A stretch of DNA of 64,000 bases from Camelus dromedarius. Its lineage: Eukaryota. Position 1 is the first letter of the stretch. Each line of letters starts with the position of its first letter. The translations under genes and the position numbers were made by a program. Of this stretch, positions 63,477 to 64,000 are shown in pieces. The stretch is from assembly GCF_036321535.1 (NCBI RefSeq), contig NC_087437.1:60266001-60330000 (forward strand), read 5' to 3'. The notes beneath the pieces were generated by a model. The model was not told the DNA's origin. It did no database searches and saw only the letters and a list, made by a program, of their open reading frames with translations.

Positions 63477-64000
63477 CTGGAATTTGTGGGGCACCTCCGT
63501 TGTCCTCTTCTGCACACTCCTTGTTGCTGCTCCTGTCAGGCTCCACCTTGGGTTCTAAATCTTGGAGTCCTTTTTTGATGCTGGGTCCTGGTTTATCACT
63601 GCAGCTACCTTTATGCAGGAAGAAATAGGATTCTTCGCTGTTATGGCCCCAAGTCCACCTTGGGCCTCAGATCCATAGCCATCTAAATTCAGTGGTGTTC
63701 CAAGACCCCATCCATGCAATGTCAGGAGCCAGTGTTTCTAAGGCAGGTAGCCCAGACCAGCCCCACCCCAGGCTGGATCAGCTCATTTGCTGTTCCAGGC
63801 TCTCCAGTCTCTTCTTCATACATGACAAAGCACCTCCCAGATTTTACCTTGGGAAGCCCCATCTGGAGCTCCCACTTCCCTCCCAGCACCATCTTTGGCC
63901 CAAGTGGCCTCTAAGCTTCTTTGAGTTAGGGCTTGGAGCCACATAGGTGCTTCCAATTTCTAGGGCTTGTGACTTTTTTCACAGACTCCGAGGTAGAAGG

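Overview
This is non-coding mammalian genomic DNA (intronic or intergenic). It is most likely from a camelid: there are two copies of a short tRNA-derived SINE of the camel/alpaca type and a young artiodactyl-type L1 tail, and I saw no Alu, B1/B2, Bov-A/BovB, PRE-1 or CAN-SINE. No protein-coding gene, tRNA, rRNA or CRISPR array can be supported. The ORF track is essentially noise, apart from decayed L1 ORF2 and CR1/L3 ORF2 remnants. Much of the window is old repeats (MIR, L2, L3/CR1, L1M, MLT1/LTR16/LTR33 solo LTRs, and the hAT elements MER5, MER33, MER45, MER81 and MER94), often nested. Subfamily names come from recalled consensus motifs, and boundaries are approximate. The most unusual structure is an inverted duplication of mostly non-repeat DNA (34351-34622 vs 35737-36029, about 93% identical over the inner 219 bp, 1114-bp spacer). 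It is inserted into an L2 and has a fold-back hairpin at its junction. Other observations include a CpG-retaining multi-stem palindromic element near 33.0-33.2 kb and a minus-strand 132-nt candidate exon inside an AP-1/CRE-rich, CpG-retaining patch near 40.4 kb. There is also a 68-bp tandem duplication, a palindrome cluster, and an AP-1/MEF2 cluster. I found no convincing evidence of a new multi-gene system.
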